This document shows, piece by piece, positions 46,871-56,274 of a DNA stretch of 64,000 nucleotides. The translations under genes were made by a program, and so were the position numbers. Within the stretch, counting starts at the first letter, position 1, and each line of letters begins with the position of its first letter. Origin of the DNA: an uncultured bacterium. GTDB taxonomy: Bacteria; Patescibacteriota; Saccharimonadia; UBA4664. A model generated the notes under the pieces. That model saw nothing but the letters and a program-made list of their open reading frames with translations. It was not told the origin of the DNA and did no database searches. The stretch lies in contig CAVUEQ010000001.1 in the NCBI GenBank assembly GCA_963740635.1, positions 740,840-804,839 of the forward strand, written 5' to 3'.

Positions 46871-49303
46871 CTAGTCGCCGCCCTTGCGCCGGCTCAGGAG
46901 CACGATGGCCACGGCCAGGAGGGCCAGGCCGAGGGTGGCGGAAATAACGTATTTGGGCAGGGCGTAAAAGAAGTCGCGCAACTGGTAGAGGACCTCGGCG
47001 ACCAGGGTGGCGGCGCCCCAGATGGTGAGCAGCCGGTAGTTGATGGACATGCCCAGAAATACCAGCGCCAGCGCAACGCCAATGAGGATGAGGCCGTAGA
47101 CTTGGCCGTCGTCGGCGAGGGCTTGGCCGGCCAGCGGCAGGGTGAGCACGGCCAGGGCCAGGCCCACCAGGCCGTCGTAGGCCTCGTGGCCGCGGTCGCG
47201 GCGGCGGTAGGCCAGGTAGGCAATGTAGGCCGCCCAGGGCAGGGTGTAGGCCTGGGTCTGCGTGACGCCCTCGACCGAGGTGAACCAATTGAAAGCCAGC
47301 ACCAGCACGCCGCCGGCCACCTCGGCCACCACCGGCTGGGCCTGGCGCCGGGCTTCGGCCCACAGCAGGGCGCCGCCGCCCGCCAGCGCCGCGACCGGCG
47401 CCAGGTGCTGCGTTTCCTGGTAGAGGCCGAATAACGAGCCGAGGAACGGCCCGGCCAGCCCGCTGTAGCGCAAGGCCTCGGACCGCCGGGCGTCGGACTC
47501 GGTGTAGCCAAACGCGTACAGGCCGGCTCCGGCCAGCAGGAACAGCAGCGGGCCGGCCACCGCCGGGTCGAGGTGGAAGATGGCGGCCTGCTGCAGGGCG
47601 GCAACATAGAGGCTGATGGCTTCGCCGTACACAAACAGCGGCTGGCCCTCGGTGTAGCTAAGTACGAAAAAGATCACGGCTACCGCGATGGCGACCGCCG
47701 ACAACGCGTTCACCGAAGAAACGGCGGCGGTGAAGACGGCCAGGGCCAGGGCGCTGACGTAGGCGAATACTCCGACCTGCTCGGCCGAATCGGGCCAGCC
47801 GCGCATGAATCTGGTCCACCAGACGAGGGCGGGCACCTCGGCCAGCAGTGCAATGGACACGGCGCTCCACGGCAGGGCGGGGTCGAGATAACCGCGGAAC
47901 AACACGAACGGCAGTGCCAACAGGCTGAGGATGGCGAGGAGGCTAAAGGCGGACTGGCGCAGGCGCAGCGCGAGGTCGGCGTTCACGAGCACGGCGCCGG
48001 CCAGAATAGCGGCGATGACGCCCGGCCGGTCGTACATCACCAGGATGCCGGCCAGGGGCAGCAGGCCGGTCACCATCGCCAGGGTTTCGCGCCAGGTGTG
48101 GCTGAGCTTGCCTGAGGCGGTGTGTTCTATGGCCAGGTAAGCGCTACAGCAGGCCAACATAACGAGCGCGATGGTGAGCCGGCTGGCGGTGTCCCACAGC
48201 CCAATGCCGAGGGCGGCCGGCAGGCTCACGAGGGCGGCGCCCCAGTAGAAGCCGGCGTCGGGGCGGCCGATGAAGCGCTGCGCCATGGCGGCGTAGAAGG
48301 CGCCGGCCAGGGCGATGGTGACGCCGAGCTGAGCCAGGCCGTGGTCGCTGGTGTTGGCCATGGACAGCAGCAAAGACACCGGCACAAACACGTTGGCGCT
48401 CACGAGCAGGGCGCCGGCCGCATCTTCCCAAAACAGTTTGGTGCGCGACAGCGTGAGCAGCAGTATCGACACCGCCCCCATGCCCCAGCCGTACCAATAC
48501 ACCGGCACGTCGAACAGCGAAATGCTGGACTCGAACAGGGACAGCGAAGTGAAAGCCATGAGGTAGGCAATGTAGGTTTGGCGCGTAACCAACAGGGTGA
48601 TGATGTAGGCTACCAGCGTGACGGCCGAGGTCACGAACCAGGTGGCGTGGCCGTGCTCGTGCAGCGAGGTGAAGTTGTAGGCGGCCAGCCCCACCAGCGG
48701 CAGCACCACCAGGCCGATGCCGGTGAACGTAACGCCGGCCGGCCGCAATTTCTTGGACCACAGGTACAGCATCAAGCCGACGGCGTAGAAGGCGGCGGCG
48801 AACAGGCCGAGGAACATGGTTTTGAACACGCCGGACAGGACTTCGAAATTGTAGCCCACAAAAATGCCCGCCGACACCACAATGAGGAAGGCGCCGAGAT
48901 AGAGAATGAGGTTAATGTTGTCCATATTGTGGAACGCCGCGCCGATGTCGGTATTGAGTCCGGTGGCGGGCTTGGTGGCCTCCGGCGCCGGCACCTCCCA
49001 ACTGGCGGTGGTGCCTCGATGTACCACGCCGGCGCCGGTGTCGGCGTGGGCCGGGGCGCCGGGCGGCAGGGCGGCATCGAAGGCGGCGGTGCCGTCAAGA
49101 GCGCCGGCGATGCGCATGAGGCTCTCCACGACCTTGGGCGACTGGCCGAGCGCCGCGGCGCGGACGTCGGCGGCGGCTTTGGCGCGGGCGACCGCGTCGG
49201 CGCTCTTGCCGCCGCGCACCAGCCATTGGATAAACACGACCAGACCAATAATGTAGAACACCGGGCTCGAGAGGGCGATCAAAACTCCCAACAGCAGTTC
49301 CAT
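46871..49303 (-). CDS. Large polytopic integral membrane protein (810 aa, 20 or more TM), function unknown.
   Basis: Continuous hydrophobic helices throughout. Start overlaps the HEPN-like gene stop (TAATG). Confidence 0.6.
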   Translation of the reverse strand: MELLLGVLIALSSPVFYIIGLVVFIQWLVRGGKSADAVARAKAAADVRAAALGQSPKVVESLMRIAGALDGTAAFDAALPPGAPAHADTGAGVVHRGTTASWEVPAPEATKPATGLNTDIGAAFHNMDNINLILYLGAFLIVVSAGIFVGYNFEVLSGVFKTMFLGLFAAAFYAVGLMLYLWSKKLRPAGVTFTGIGLVVLPLVGLAAYNFTSLHEHGHATWFVTSAVTLVAYIITLLVTRQTYIAYLMAFTSLSLFESSISLFDVPVYWYGWGMGAVSILLLTLSRTKLFWEDAAGALLVSANVFVPVSLLLSMANTSDHGLAQLGVTIALAGAFYAAMAQRFIGRPDAGFYWGAALVSLPAALGIGLWDTASRLTIALVMLACCSAYLAIEHTASGKLSHTWRETLAMVTGLLPLAGILVMYDRPGVIAAILAGAVLVNADLALRLRQSAFSLLAILSLLALPFVLFRGYLDPALPWSAVSIALLAEVPALVWWTRFMRGWPDSAEQVGVFAYVSALALAVFTAAVSSVNALSAVAIAVAVIFFVLSYTEGQPLFVYGEAISLYVAALQQAAIFHLDPAVAGPLLFLLAGAGLYAFGYTESDARRSEALRYSGLAGPFLGSLFGLYQETQHLAPVAALAGGGALLWAEARRQAQPVVAEVAGGVLVLAFNWFTSVEGVTQTQAYTLPWAAYIAYLAYRRRDRGHEAYDGLVGLALAVLTLPLAGQALADDGQVYGLILIGVALALVFLGMSINYRLLTIWGAATLVAEVLYQLRDFFYALPKYVISATLGLALLAVAIVLLSRRKGGD

Positions 49304-49746
49304 TAGGCGGCCACCTTCTGAATGTGCTTGATGAGGGCGGCCACGGCTGCGAGTGAGGCGCGGGACTGCGCTTCGCTGGCGTCACGGCCCTCGTGGATCA
49401 GATCGTTGCGCAGCTCGGTATGGTCGATGAAGGCGCGCCAGAACGGGGCCTGGCGGATGTCGTCGTTCGAGAGGGCAATGTAGAGCTGCGAAACCTTCGA
49501 ATTGCCGATGTTGTAGTTGATGAGGAAATGCTCAAACGAGCTCTTGAGGTACTCGATGTGGCGGGTGACGTAGAGATGCCGGAGGGTCTTTTCAGTAAAC
49601 AGCTCAACGGCGATTTGAGCGAGAATTATGGCTTCTTTGTACTGCTTTTGGTCATGCGCCGCCTCGGCCGCGGAAAACAGGTTGATGTAGGGATCGTCAG
49701 CGGTGAGGAGAGGTATGAGTGACATCTTGAGCGAATTGTAGCACAA
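49303..49746 (-). CDS. AT-rich hypothetical protein with a HEPN-like Rx4H motif.
   Basis: Helical protein with RNDLIHEG near the C-terminal third. Lower GC than flanks. Confidence 0.45.
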   Translation of the reverse strand: MCYNSLKMSLIPLLTADDPYINLFSAAEAAHDQKQYKEAIILAQIAVELFTEKTLRHLYVTRHIEYLKSSFEHFLINYNIGNSKVSQLYIALSNDDIRQAPFWRAFIDHTELRNDLIHEGRDASEAQSRASLAAVAALIKHIQKVAA

Positions 49747-49830
49747 GAGCTTAAAAGGAGAACGGCCGCAAGGCCCCCAAGTGAATGGGGACCCTGCGGC
49801 CGCAGGGCGGGCTCACTCGGGGAGTGAGGG

Positions 49831-50205
49831 TCAGTTGCAGACGTCGCAGTCAAAGAACGAATCGCAGAGGCTGTCGCCCCCCTGGCTGGCGGCGGTGATG
49901 CCGTAGTAGAAGAAGCCCAGGGCCCAGATCCAGGCTGAGCGCAGGACATGGGTGAGGATGGTGCCACAGATGAAGCGAGCGCCCTGGACGGCGCCGAACA
50001 TGCGCACAACCTGCAGAGCGCGGGTCGAGCAATTCTCGGTCCACCGGCGCTTGCAGAACTCCCGGCCGGCTGAGATGTACCGCTTGTACAGGCGGATGGC
50101 CAATGCCAGCGCCCAGGCCGCCGGCGTGCGGACTCTCTTGGCGCCATCAGGCATCGGGGGCAGGGGTGGCAGTTTGAACAGGTGATCCATTAGTGGTCGG
50201 GACAT
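49831..50205 (-). CDS. Hypothetical protein, weakly YidD-like (membrane protein insertion efficiency factor).
   Basis: AIRLYKRYIS...CKRRWTENCS loosely matches the YidD core. Overlaps the upstream ORF tail. Confidence 0.3.
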   Translation of the reverse strand: MSRPLMDHLFKLPPLPPMPDGAKRVRTPAAWALALAIRLYKRYISAGREFCKRRWTENCSTRALQVVRMFGAVQGARFICGTILTHVLRSAWIWALGFFYYGITAASQGGDSLCDSFFDCDVCN

Positions 50206-51079
50206 GACGCTTCCTCTTTTCGGATGGGATGGATCTGTCGGTAAGGCTGAGCACCTTCTTGCGCTCGGCCGTCATGTAAGGTTCGGCACCAAAAATGGGC
50301 CTAGGTAAGACCAACCTGGGTCGCGGCAGCAGCCGCAATTTTGGGCGGAGGTGCCGGCCAACTCGTGGATCGCTGGCGGCCAGCTTCACGGCTTGAAGCA
50401 TACACCACGCGAGGAGAACTCGCCGGTTCGATTTGCACGGCCGCACACGAGAGCGGCGATGGGTGAAATCAGTGCGCAGGTCGTACCAATGGTCCATGAT
50501 CACGCCGGCGGCCGTGATGTGGCCGAACGCTCGCACGAACCGGCCGTACGCCTGCTGGTCTGAGCGTTCTTCCGCGGTGGCGCATAGGCCGGCGAGACTG
50601 GCGGTCAGCCGGCTCTCGCGCCCCAGTACCCGGCCGTACATGAACACACTGCGCTTCCTGGCCTTGACGGGCGCCAGATCGGCGACGGACAGGGCCATGT
50701 CGACAAGTTCGTCCCGAGCGTCTTGGCCGAGCTCGCGCAGGGCATTGTTGCACAGAGCCATTAGCGGCGGCAGGTCTGGGTGGACCCATTCCGGGAACTC
50801 GCAGGCGAGCGGATCCTGGGCCTCCAATAGCTCTTGGTAGCATCTTCGCGCCTCCGCTTCCTGGCCAGGCGGATGCTCGTCGAGCAGCTCGTCGAGGCGG
50901 TAGGCCAGCGCCCAGATCCGCATCCAGCGCTCCTGGGTTTCGCTGCTGGGGTGAAGGCCGCACCAGCGCGCAAAGTAGTAGGCGTAAATCGCGATAGCGT
51001 ACCACCCGGGGTGGGAACGCCATACCGCCTCATACGGCAGCCCGGCGTCGCCTTTGAAATCGTGGTATTTCGCCCGCAT
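50147..51079 (-). CDS. Hypothetical protein, possibly with an isoprenoid-synthase (class I terpenoid synthase) fold. The C-terminal about 100 aa of the track ORF is probably out of frame or overlapping.
   Basis: Asp-rich motif RLDELLDE. Second motif GVIMDHWYDLRTD resembles the phytoene/squalene synthase NxxxD region. Confidence 0.35.
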   Translation of the reverse strand: MRAKYHDFKGDAGLPYEAVWRSHPGWYAIAIYAYYFARWCGLHPSSETQERWMRIWALAYRLDELLDEHPPGQEAEARRCYQELLEAQDPLACEFPEWVHPDLPPLMALCNNALRELGQDARDELVDMALSVADLAPVKARKRSVFMYGRVLGRESRLTASLAGLCATAEERSDQQAYGRFVRAFGHITAAGVIMDHWYDLRTDFTHRRSRVRPCKSNRRVLLAWCMLQAVKLAASDPRVGRHLRPKLRLLPRPRLVLPRPIFGAEPYMTAERKKVLSLTDRSIPSEKRKRHVPTTNGSPVQTATPAPDA

Positions 51080-51354
51080 GGCGGTTACCTCCTCTCAACA
51101 GGTCTCGTATCAAACAACTTCGATTAGAAATTTCGACCAGGCTACGATACAACTAAGTGCGAGGAATAGCAATCTACTCGCGGTCCGAATGTGCTGTTCT
51201 TTGTATGGGTGATTTGTGTGTTCCTGAATTGTTCGGTAAATGTTTGCTTATATACGAAGATGTACTAAAATGTAAGTACAAATGATTCGCTTTCCGAACT
51301 GTCACCGTATGGTGTGCGTGTCTGGGACATCCAGACTAGGAGGCGGATCGCTTG

Positions 51355-51972
51355 TTATTTAAAACGCCAAATATTTTCGATTCGTTTTTTAACTATTCGT
51401 TGATACTCATCATCGCCGGAATTGACAGTATGATAGATCGATCCGGAGAGCATGTCCGCTAGCTGGATCAGTACGTTCTCTTTTGAATCTACGAACCTTA
51501 GAGATTTGATTATTCTGTCATCTCCCTGATTGAGCTGAGCCCTCAAGTACGATCCAGCTGCTCGCTTATACGTTCTGTCGCCTCGTCCGTCGAGCTTAAT
51601 CTTGGCGTCGATAATTTTGCCTTTTGCATCTTTAAGCAACAACTTTATGGCATAGTTATAAAACGAAGCGCGGTTATGCTTAAGTTCCTCACTGTTGATG
51701 ATTGACTTATCAATTACCAGAGCTCGGACTCGGAAATTATTCCCGCTTACCCTTTTGAGAAATGCTTGTTTTGTTTGGGCGTTTGCTCTGTTGAAATGAA
51801 ATTCGTGGGAGTCCGGGCGCTTCAGCTCCCGTCTGAGTAATTTAATATCTACCGCAGTTTTCTCGGCAGCTAGATCATCCTCAAAGATAACCGCGACTAG
51901 TACGAAGTATTTTGTGGAGCCCCTGTTGATTTTAAAGCCAGCGTCGCCAGATTCATCGATAAAGACCAACAT
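51355..51972 (-). CDS. DUF3800 family protein, AT-rich, start 5 nt after the pcrA stop.
   Basis: MLVFIDESGD ... IQLADMLSGSIY are DUF3800 hallmarks. Followed by an about 270-bp AT-rich non-coding stretch. Confidence 0.7.
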   Translation of the reverse strand: MLVFIDESGDAGFKINRGSTKYFVLVAVIFEDDLAAEKTAVDIKLLRRELKRPDSHEFHFNRANAQTKQAFLKRVSGNNFRVRALVIDKSIINSEELKHNRASFYNYAIKLLLKDAKGKIIDAKIKLDGRGDRTYKRAAGSYLRAQLNQGDDRIIKSLRFVDSKENVLIQLADMLSGSIYHTVNSGDDEYQRIVKKRIENIWRFK

Positions 51973-51977
51973 CTGGC

Positions 51978-54302
51978 TTACTCGACCTTCTCGATGGGCG
52001 CGAAGCTGAGGCTGAGGCGCTTGGTGCCGAGGCCCTGGAAGGTGGCCGTGACTTCGTCGCCGGAGACGCCGGCCACAATGCCGTCGCCGAATTTGGTGTG
52101 GCGGATGCGGTCGCCGGGGGCGAGGTCGAGGCCGAGCATGGCCTCGCGGTGGTCGGCGGCAGCGGCCTCGGTGGTGGCGCCGGTGCCGTGCATGGGCTGC
52201 GGGCTCCAGCTGCCGGCGCCGGCGGCGTGTCCGGCAGCGGCGGTGGTAAGGCCGCGCGCGGTGGCGGACCATTCGCTGCCGGAATCCTGGAGCTCGGGCG
52301 GGATCTCGAGCAGGAAACGGCTGGGCGGGTTGTGGTTGGTGGTGCCGTAGAGCAAGCGCGAGTTGGCGTAGAGCAGGAACAGACGCTCTTTGGCGCGGGT
52401 GAAGCCCACGTAGCACAGGCGGCGCTCCTCTTCCATTTGCTCCCCGTCGAAAAGGGCTCTGGAATGCGGAAATATCCCCTCCTCCGCGCCCGGGATGAAC
52501 ACCACGGGGAATTCCAGCCCCTTGGCGGAATGCAGCGTCATGAGGGTGACGGCGTTGGACTCGGCGGAATAATTGTCGACGTCGGCGATGAGGGCGATTT
52601 CTTCGAGGAAGGCTTCGAGAGTGAGCTCGTTGTAGGTCTCGGCCACGCTGAGCAATTCTTTGACGTTTTCGATGCGGTCGGCGGCGGGAATGGAGCCGTC
52701 GTCGAGGAAGGTGAGGTAGCCGGAGCGCTTGAGCACGAGGCTGAGCAGCGGGCCGGTGGCGAGTTTTTGGCTCTCGGCGCGCAGGCCGTCGATGAGGTTG
52801 GCGAAGGCATGGAGGGAGTTGACCGCCTTGGGCTGCAGGCCGGGGCAGAGGTCGGCGCGGCGGCAGGCCTCGAGCAGGCCGATGGATTGCTGAGTGCGCC
52901 AGGACTCGAGCCGGTCGAGGCTGACCTCGCCGAGGCCGCGGGCCGGCAGGTTGATGATGCGGGCGAAGCTGGCGGAGTCGTCGGGCTGGTAGATGAAGCG
53001 CAGGTAGGCTAGCGCGTCTTTGATCTCTTTGCGCTCGTAGAAGCGGGTGCCGCCGATGATTTTGTATGGCATGCCGGCGCGCAGGAAGCCCTCTTCGAGC
53101 GACCGCGATTGGGCGTTGGTGCGGTAGAGCACGGCGAAATCGTAGAGCTCGCGTTTGTCGGCGGCCCGCAGCTGCTGAACGCGCGCCACGATAGTCTCGG
53201 CCTCCTGGATTTCGTTGTATACATTTATGATACCGATGCCGGTGCCGTCGCCGCGGTCGGTCCAGAGCTTTTTCTCACTGCGGACGCGGTTTTTGGTGAT
53301 GACGGCGTGGGCGGCGTCGAGGATTCGCTTGGTGGAGCGGTAATTCTGCTCCAGTTTGATGACTGTAGCTTGCGGGTAGTCCTTTTCGAAGTCGAGGATG
53401 TTCTGGAAATTGGCGCCGCGCCAAGAATAAATCGATTGCCAGTCGTCCCCAACTACACAAAGATTATGTGGTTTTGTCAAGGCCAGGAGTTTGGTTATTT
53501 GGTACTGGGCGTGGTTGGTGTCCTGGTATTCGTCGACTAAGATGTAGCGGAATTGCTGTTGGTATTTCGCTAGGATGTCCGGGTGGTCGCGGAACATTTG
53601 GACGGTGCGGAAAATGAGGTCGTCGAAGTCCAGCGCCCCGGCGTCGGTGAGGAGCTTTTGGTAGACGGGATACACTTTGGCGGCGGCCACTTGCGCCCGG
53701 CCGGTGGCGAGCTTGGTGTATTGGGCCGGGCTGATGAGCTCGTTTTTGGCGCTGGAAATGAGGTTTTGGATGAGGCTGGGGGTGAGCTGCTTGTCGTCGA
53801 TGCCGAGACCCCGCATGGCGCGCTTGATGGCGGACTGCGAATCGGCGGTGTCGAAAATGAGGAAATTAGAGGCCAGGCCAATGTCCGCCGCCTCGCGGCG
53901 CAGCAGTCGCAGGCAGATGGAGTGGAAGGTGCCGATGAACGGGAAGTAGCTGCGGCTCTCGGGGTCGCGGCCCAGCAGGCGCAGCACGCGGCCGCGCATT
54001 TCGCCGGCGGCCTTGTTGGTGAAGGTGACGGCCAGGATATTGACCGGCGGCACGTGCTTTTCGGCCACCAGGTAGGCCACGCGATGCGTGAGGGCTTTGG
54101 TTTTGCCCGAGCCGGCGCCGGCCAATATCAGCACCGGCCCCTCAGTGGTCTCGGCGGCGACGCGCTGCTGGTCATTGAGTTCTGACAGGAGTGGATGCAC
54201 TATCCGATGATACCGTAGATCGGCAGATCTTGCCCCGCCAGCGGTTTCAGTTAATAATGGCTTATCGCTCATCACCGGCACTTCTACAGAAAGAGAGACC
54301 AA
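51978..54302 (-). CDS. pcrA: ATP-dependent DNA helicase PcrA/UvrD (SF1) with a C-terminal Tudor-like domain.
   Basis: Walker A AGAGSGKT. Helicase motifs II-VI. C-terminal TKFGDGIVAGVSGDEVTATFQGLGTKRLSLSFAPIEKV. Confidence 0.9.
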   Translation of the reverse strand: MVSLSVEVPVMSDKPLLTETAGGARSADLRYHRIVHPLLSELNDQQRVAAETTEGPVLILAGAGSGKTKALTHRVAYLVAEKHVPPVNILAVTFTNKAAGEMRGRVLRLLGRDPESRSYFPFIGTFHSICLRLLRREAADIGLASNFLIFDTADSQSAIKRAMRGLGIDDKQLTPSLIQNLISSAKNELISPAQYTKLATGRAQVAAAKVYPVYQKLLTDAGALDFDDLIFRTVQMFRDHPDILAKYQQQFRYILVDEYQDTNHAQYQITKLLALTKPHNLCVVGDDWQSIYSWRGANFQNILDFEKDYPQATVIKLEQNYRSTKRILDAAHAVITKNRVRSEKKLWTDRGDGTGIGIINVYNEIQEAETIVARVQQLRAADKRELYDFAVLYRTNAQSRSLEEGFLRAGMPYKIIGGTRFYERKEIKDALAYLRFIYQPDDSASFARIINLPARGLGEVSLDRLESWRTQQSIGLLEACRRADLCPGLQPKAVNSLHAFANLIDGLRAESQKLATGPLLSLVLKRSGYLTFLDDGSIPAADRIENVKELLSVAETYNELTLEAFLEEIALIADVDNYSAESNAVTLMTLHSAKGLEFPVVFIPGAEEGIFPHSRALFDGEQMEEERRLCYVGFTRAKERLFLLYANSRLLYGTTNHNPPSRFLLEIPPELQDSGSEWSATARGLTTAAAGHAAGAGSWSPQPMHGTGATTEAAAADHREAMLGLDLAPGDRIRHTKFGDGIVAGVSGDEVTATFQGLGTKRLSLSFAPIEKVE

Positions 54303-54303
54303 G

Positions 54304-54648
54304 ATGCTGCGATTTATCCCCCTAATTGTCGTCGGCTGGATCGCCTGCGGGATGGCAGGCCAGGTATTGGCGGTTTACATCCACGGGGTCCAGACCAATC
54401 TGGAACGAGGGCTCAATGTGGCACTTGGGCTCGTGACCCTCCTGAGCGCCATCCGGCCGGCCATCCGCGTGAGTCGCGGCAAGTATTTGCGCTTCGTCGT
54501 CGTGGCGTTGAACGCCGAATACCACTTCGGGCAAGGACAGACCATTTGGGGTAGGAAGCGGGTTCGAACGCGAGCTTCAGGCTTCGCGGCCATCAAGAGC
54601 TACCGTGAGCAGCAACCCAGGGCGCAGAGCGCAGACGCCCGACAATGA
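54304..54648 (+). CDS. Small hypothetical membrane protein.
   Basis: 114 aa with two hydrophobic helices. Divergent from pcrA. Confidence 0.3.
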   Translation: MLRFIPLIVVGWIACGMAGQVLAVYIHGVQTNLERGLNVALGLVTLLSAIRPAIRVSRGKYLRFVVVALNAEYHFGQGQTIWGRKRVRTRASGFAAIKSYREQQPRAQSADARQ

Positions 54649-54712
54649 CCCCGTGAGGAGGCTCGACCCGGGACCCTTCGCGGGGTTTCGGCATTTTTGG
54701 GATCAGGCCGGT

Positions 54713-56248
54713 CTAATTGGCGTTGGTGAGTTCGAAGGTGGCCGTGGTGCAGGGCGCCACCGGGTTGATGACATTGGCCCCGGTGTCGGCGGCATTTTCG
54801 AGGCAGGCGGACAGGGTGTAGGTGGTGGCAGAATTGGCCGGGGTGTAGGTGTAGACGTAGGGCGATTTGCCGGTGGGGTCGGTGGGGATGGTTTTGAAGA
54901 TCGGCGGACTTGAGGCGTCGCCCTTGGTGAGATCGGCCAGCTTATTGGGGTACATATTATTGTTCACGAAATATTCTTCCAGCCCTTTGCGGATGGTGGT
55001 GAGGTCGGTTTTGCGCTGGGTGTCGTGGGCTTTTTGCTGCGCCGTGGCGGTGGTGTGCGGCACGTTGGTGCGGGTGGTGTCGGGGCTTTGGGTGTCATCG
55101 GTGCCGCCCTCGAAAGCCGTCAGCAATTCGGAGGCGTCTTTGGCGCCGGAGGGGGCTTCGATTTTGGCCGGCTGGTTGTAGGAGCCGGTATCGAAAGTTT
55201 CGGCGGTTTTGGACTTGGAATCGGAGGAGTCGGAGGTGCTCACCCGCAGGCGGTCTTTCGACCAGCCGCGCCAGAGGTCGTAACTGATCGTGAGGGTTTT
55301 GAAATCGTCGGCGGACAGGTCGAGTTGGCAGTCGGCAGGCAGTTTTTTGTTGGCGTCGTCGACGGCTTGCTTGATCTTGGAATTATCCACGGTACCAACA
55401 AAATGCAGCATGGGAGAGCCATTAATGGTCTCGATTCCCTTAAAGGCAGCTCCTTTCACCGGAATCCTGGTGAGGATTGAACTGCCGAATAAGGCGCCGG
55501 AATCTTTTTTGTTATCGAGGCACTTGTTGGCCGAGTCGCCGGACGAGCCGAGGTCGTATTTGTACCAGTCGTTGGGGATCTTCGTGGGGAAGAAGGCGGA
55601 GAGCAGGGAGAAACTCTCGATCTTAAAGTAGACTACTTGGGACAGCAGGCGGAGTTGGCCCGCGATAGAACCCTGGGAGGCGGGCGTGACGACGACGCCG
55701 GTCGAGGAAGATGTACCGTTAACGCTTACGTCGGCGGCCGGCTTGGATTTGTCGGTGAGGTCATATTTGCCCGACAGTTTGATGGAAAAACGGCCGCCGT
55801 CGTAGTCGTATGAGACGTCGGAGGCGAAGGTGGCGGTTTTGGCCGCGACGAGCCGGCCGAGATAGGCCGACAGGGCCGACTGCGGCGCCAGGAAGAACAA
55901 GTAACCCGCGGCGGCGGCGAGTCCGACCACCAGGAGGAGGCCGATGGTAAGCAGGAGGGCTTTGCGCGGGAAGCGGCGGCCGCGTTTTGGCTGCGGGAGT
56001 TCGCCGGGGCCGGATCCGGAGGTCAGCGGGGCCGGTTCGCCGGGGACGAAGGGGGCGGCTGCCGGGGTCGCGGCGGGAGTTGGCGCGGGGGCTGGGTCTG
56101 TGACAGCCGGCGCCGGCTGCCCGGTTGGAACCGGCTGCCCGGCCCGGTCAGCGAGCCCGGCCGGGCCTGGTTCCAGGTGGCCGCACGCCAGACACAGCCA
56201 CCCGCGGGCAGATTGGGTCATATCGTGGCCGCATTGGGTGCATTTCAT
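54713..56248 (-). CDS. Zinc-ribbon / Pro-rich linker / single TM / extracytoplasmic domain ending in a type IV pilin/pseudopilin-like globular domain (paralog 1).
   Basis: N-terminal MKCTQCGHDMTQSARGWLCLACGH (CxxC-x13-CxxC). TM LLLTIGLLLVVGLAAAAGYLFFL. C-terminal DTQRKTDLTTIRKGLEEYFVNNNMYP...PTDPTGKSPYVYTY is a GspG/pilin-like signature. Confidence 0.7.
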   Translation of the reverse strand: MKCTQCGHDMTQSARGWLCLACGHLEPGPAGLADRAGQPVPTGQPAPAVTDPAPAPTPAATPAAAPFVPGEPAPLTSGSGPGELPQPKRGRRFPRKALLLTIGLLLVVGLAAAAGYLFFLAPQSALSAYLGRLVAAKTATFASDVSYDYDGGRFSIKLSGKYDLTDKSKPAADVSVNGTSSSTGVVVTPASQGSIAGQLRLLSQVVYFKIESFSLLSAFFPTKIPNDWYKYDLGSSGDSANKCLDNKKDSGALFGSSILTRIPVKGAAFKGIETINGSPMLHFVGTVDNSKIKQAVDDANKKLPADCQLDLSADDFKTLTISYDLWRGWSKDRLRVSTSDSSDSKSKTAETFDTGSYNQPAKIEAPSGAKDASELLTAFEGGTDDTQSPDTTRTNVPHTTATAQQKAHDTQRKTDLTTIRKGLEEYFVNNNMYPNKLADLTKGDASSPPIFKTIPTDPTGKSPYVYTYTPANSATTYTLSACLENAADTGANVINPVAPCTTATFELTNAN

Positions 56249-56274
56249 ATTGGCTAAGGGTTAGAAACCCGGTC

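Noticed and set aside
43357-49306. Plus-strand ORFs 43357..44505, 46275..46820, 46817..47434 and 48122..49306 opposite the MarP-like, pyrH and large membrane protein genes.
   Set aside because: Low-complexity Gly/Ala/Arg/Asp composition. Real genes with motifs lie on the minus strand.
51355-52416. 353-aa track ORF for the DUF3800 gene.
   Set aside because: The N-terminal 148 aa are Arg/Pro-rich and overlap pcrA antisense. The real start MLVFIDESG is at 51972.
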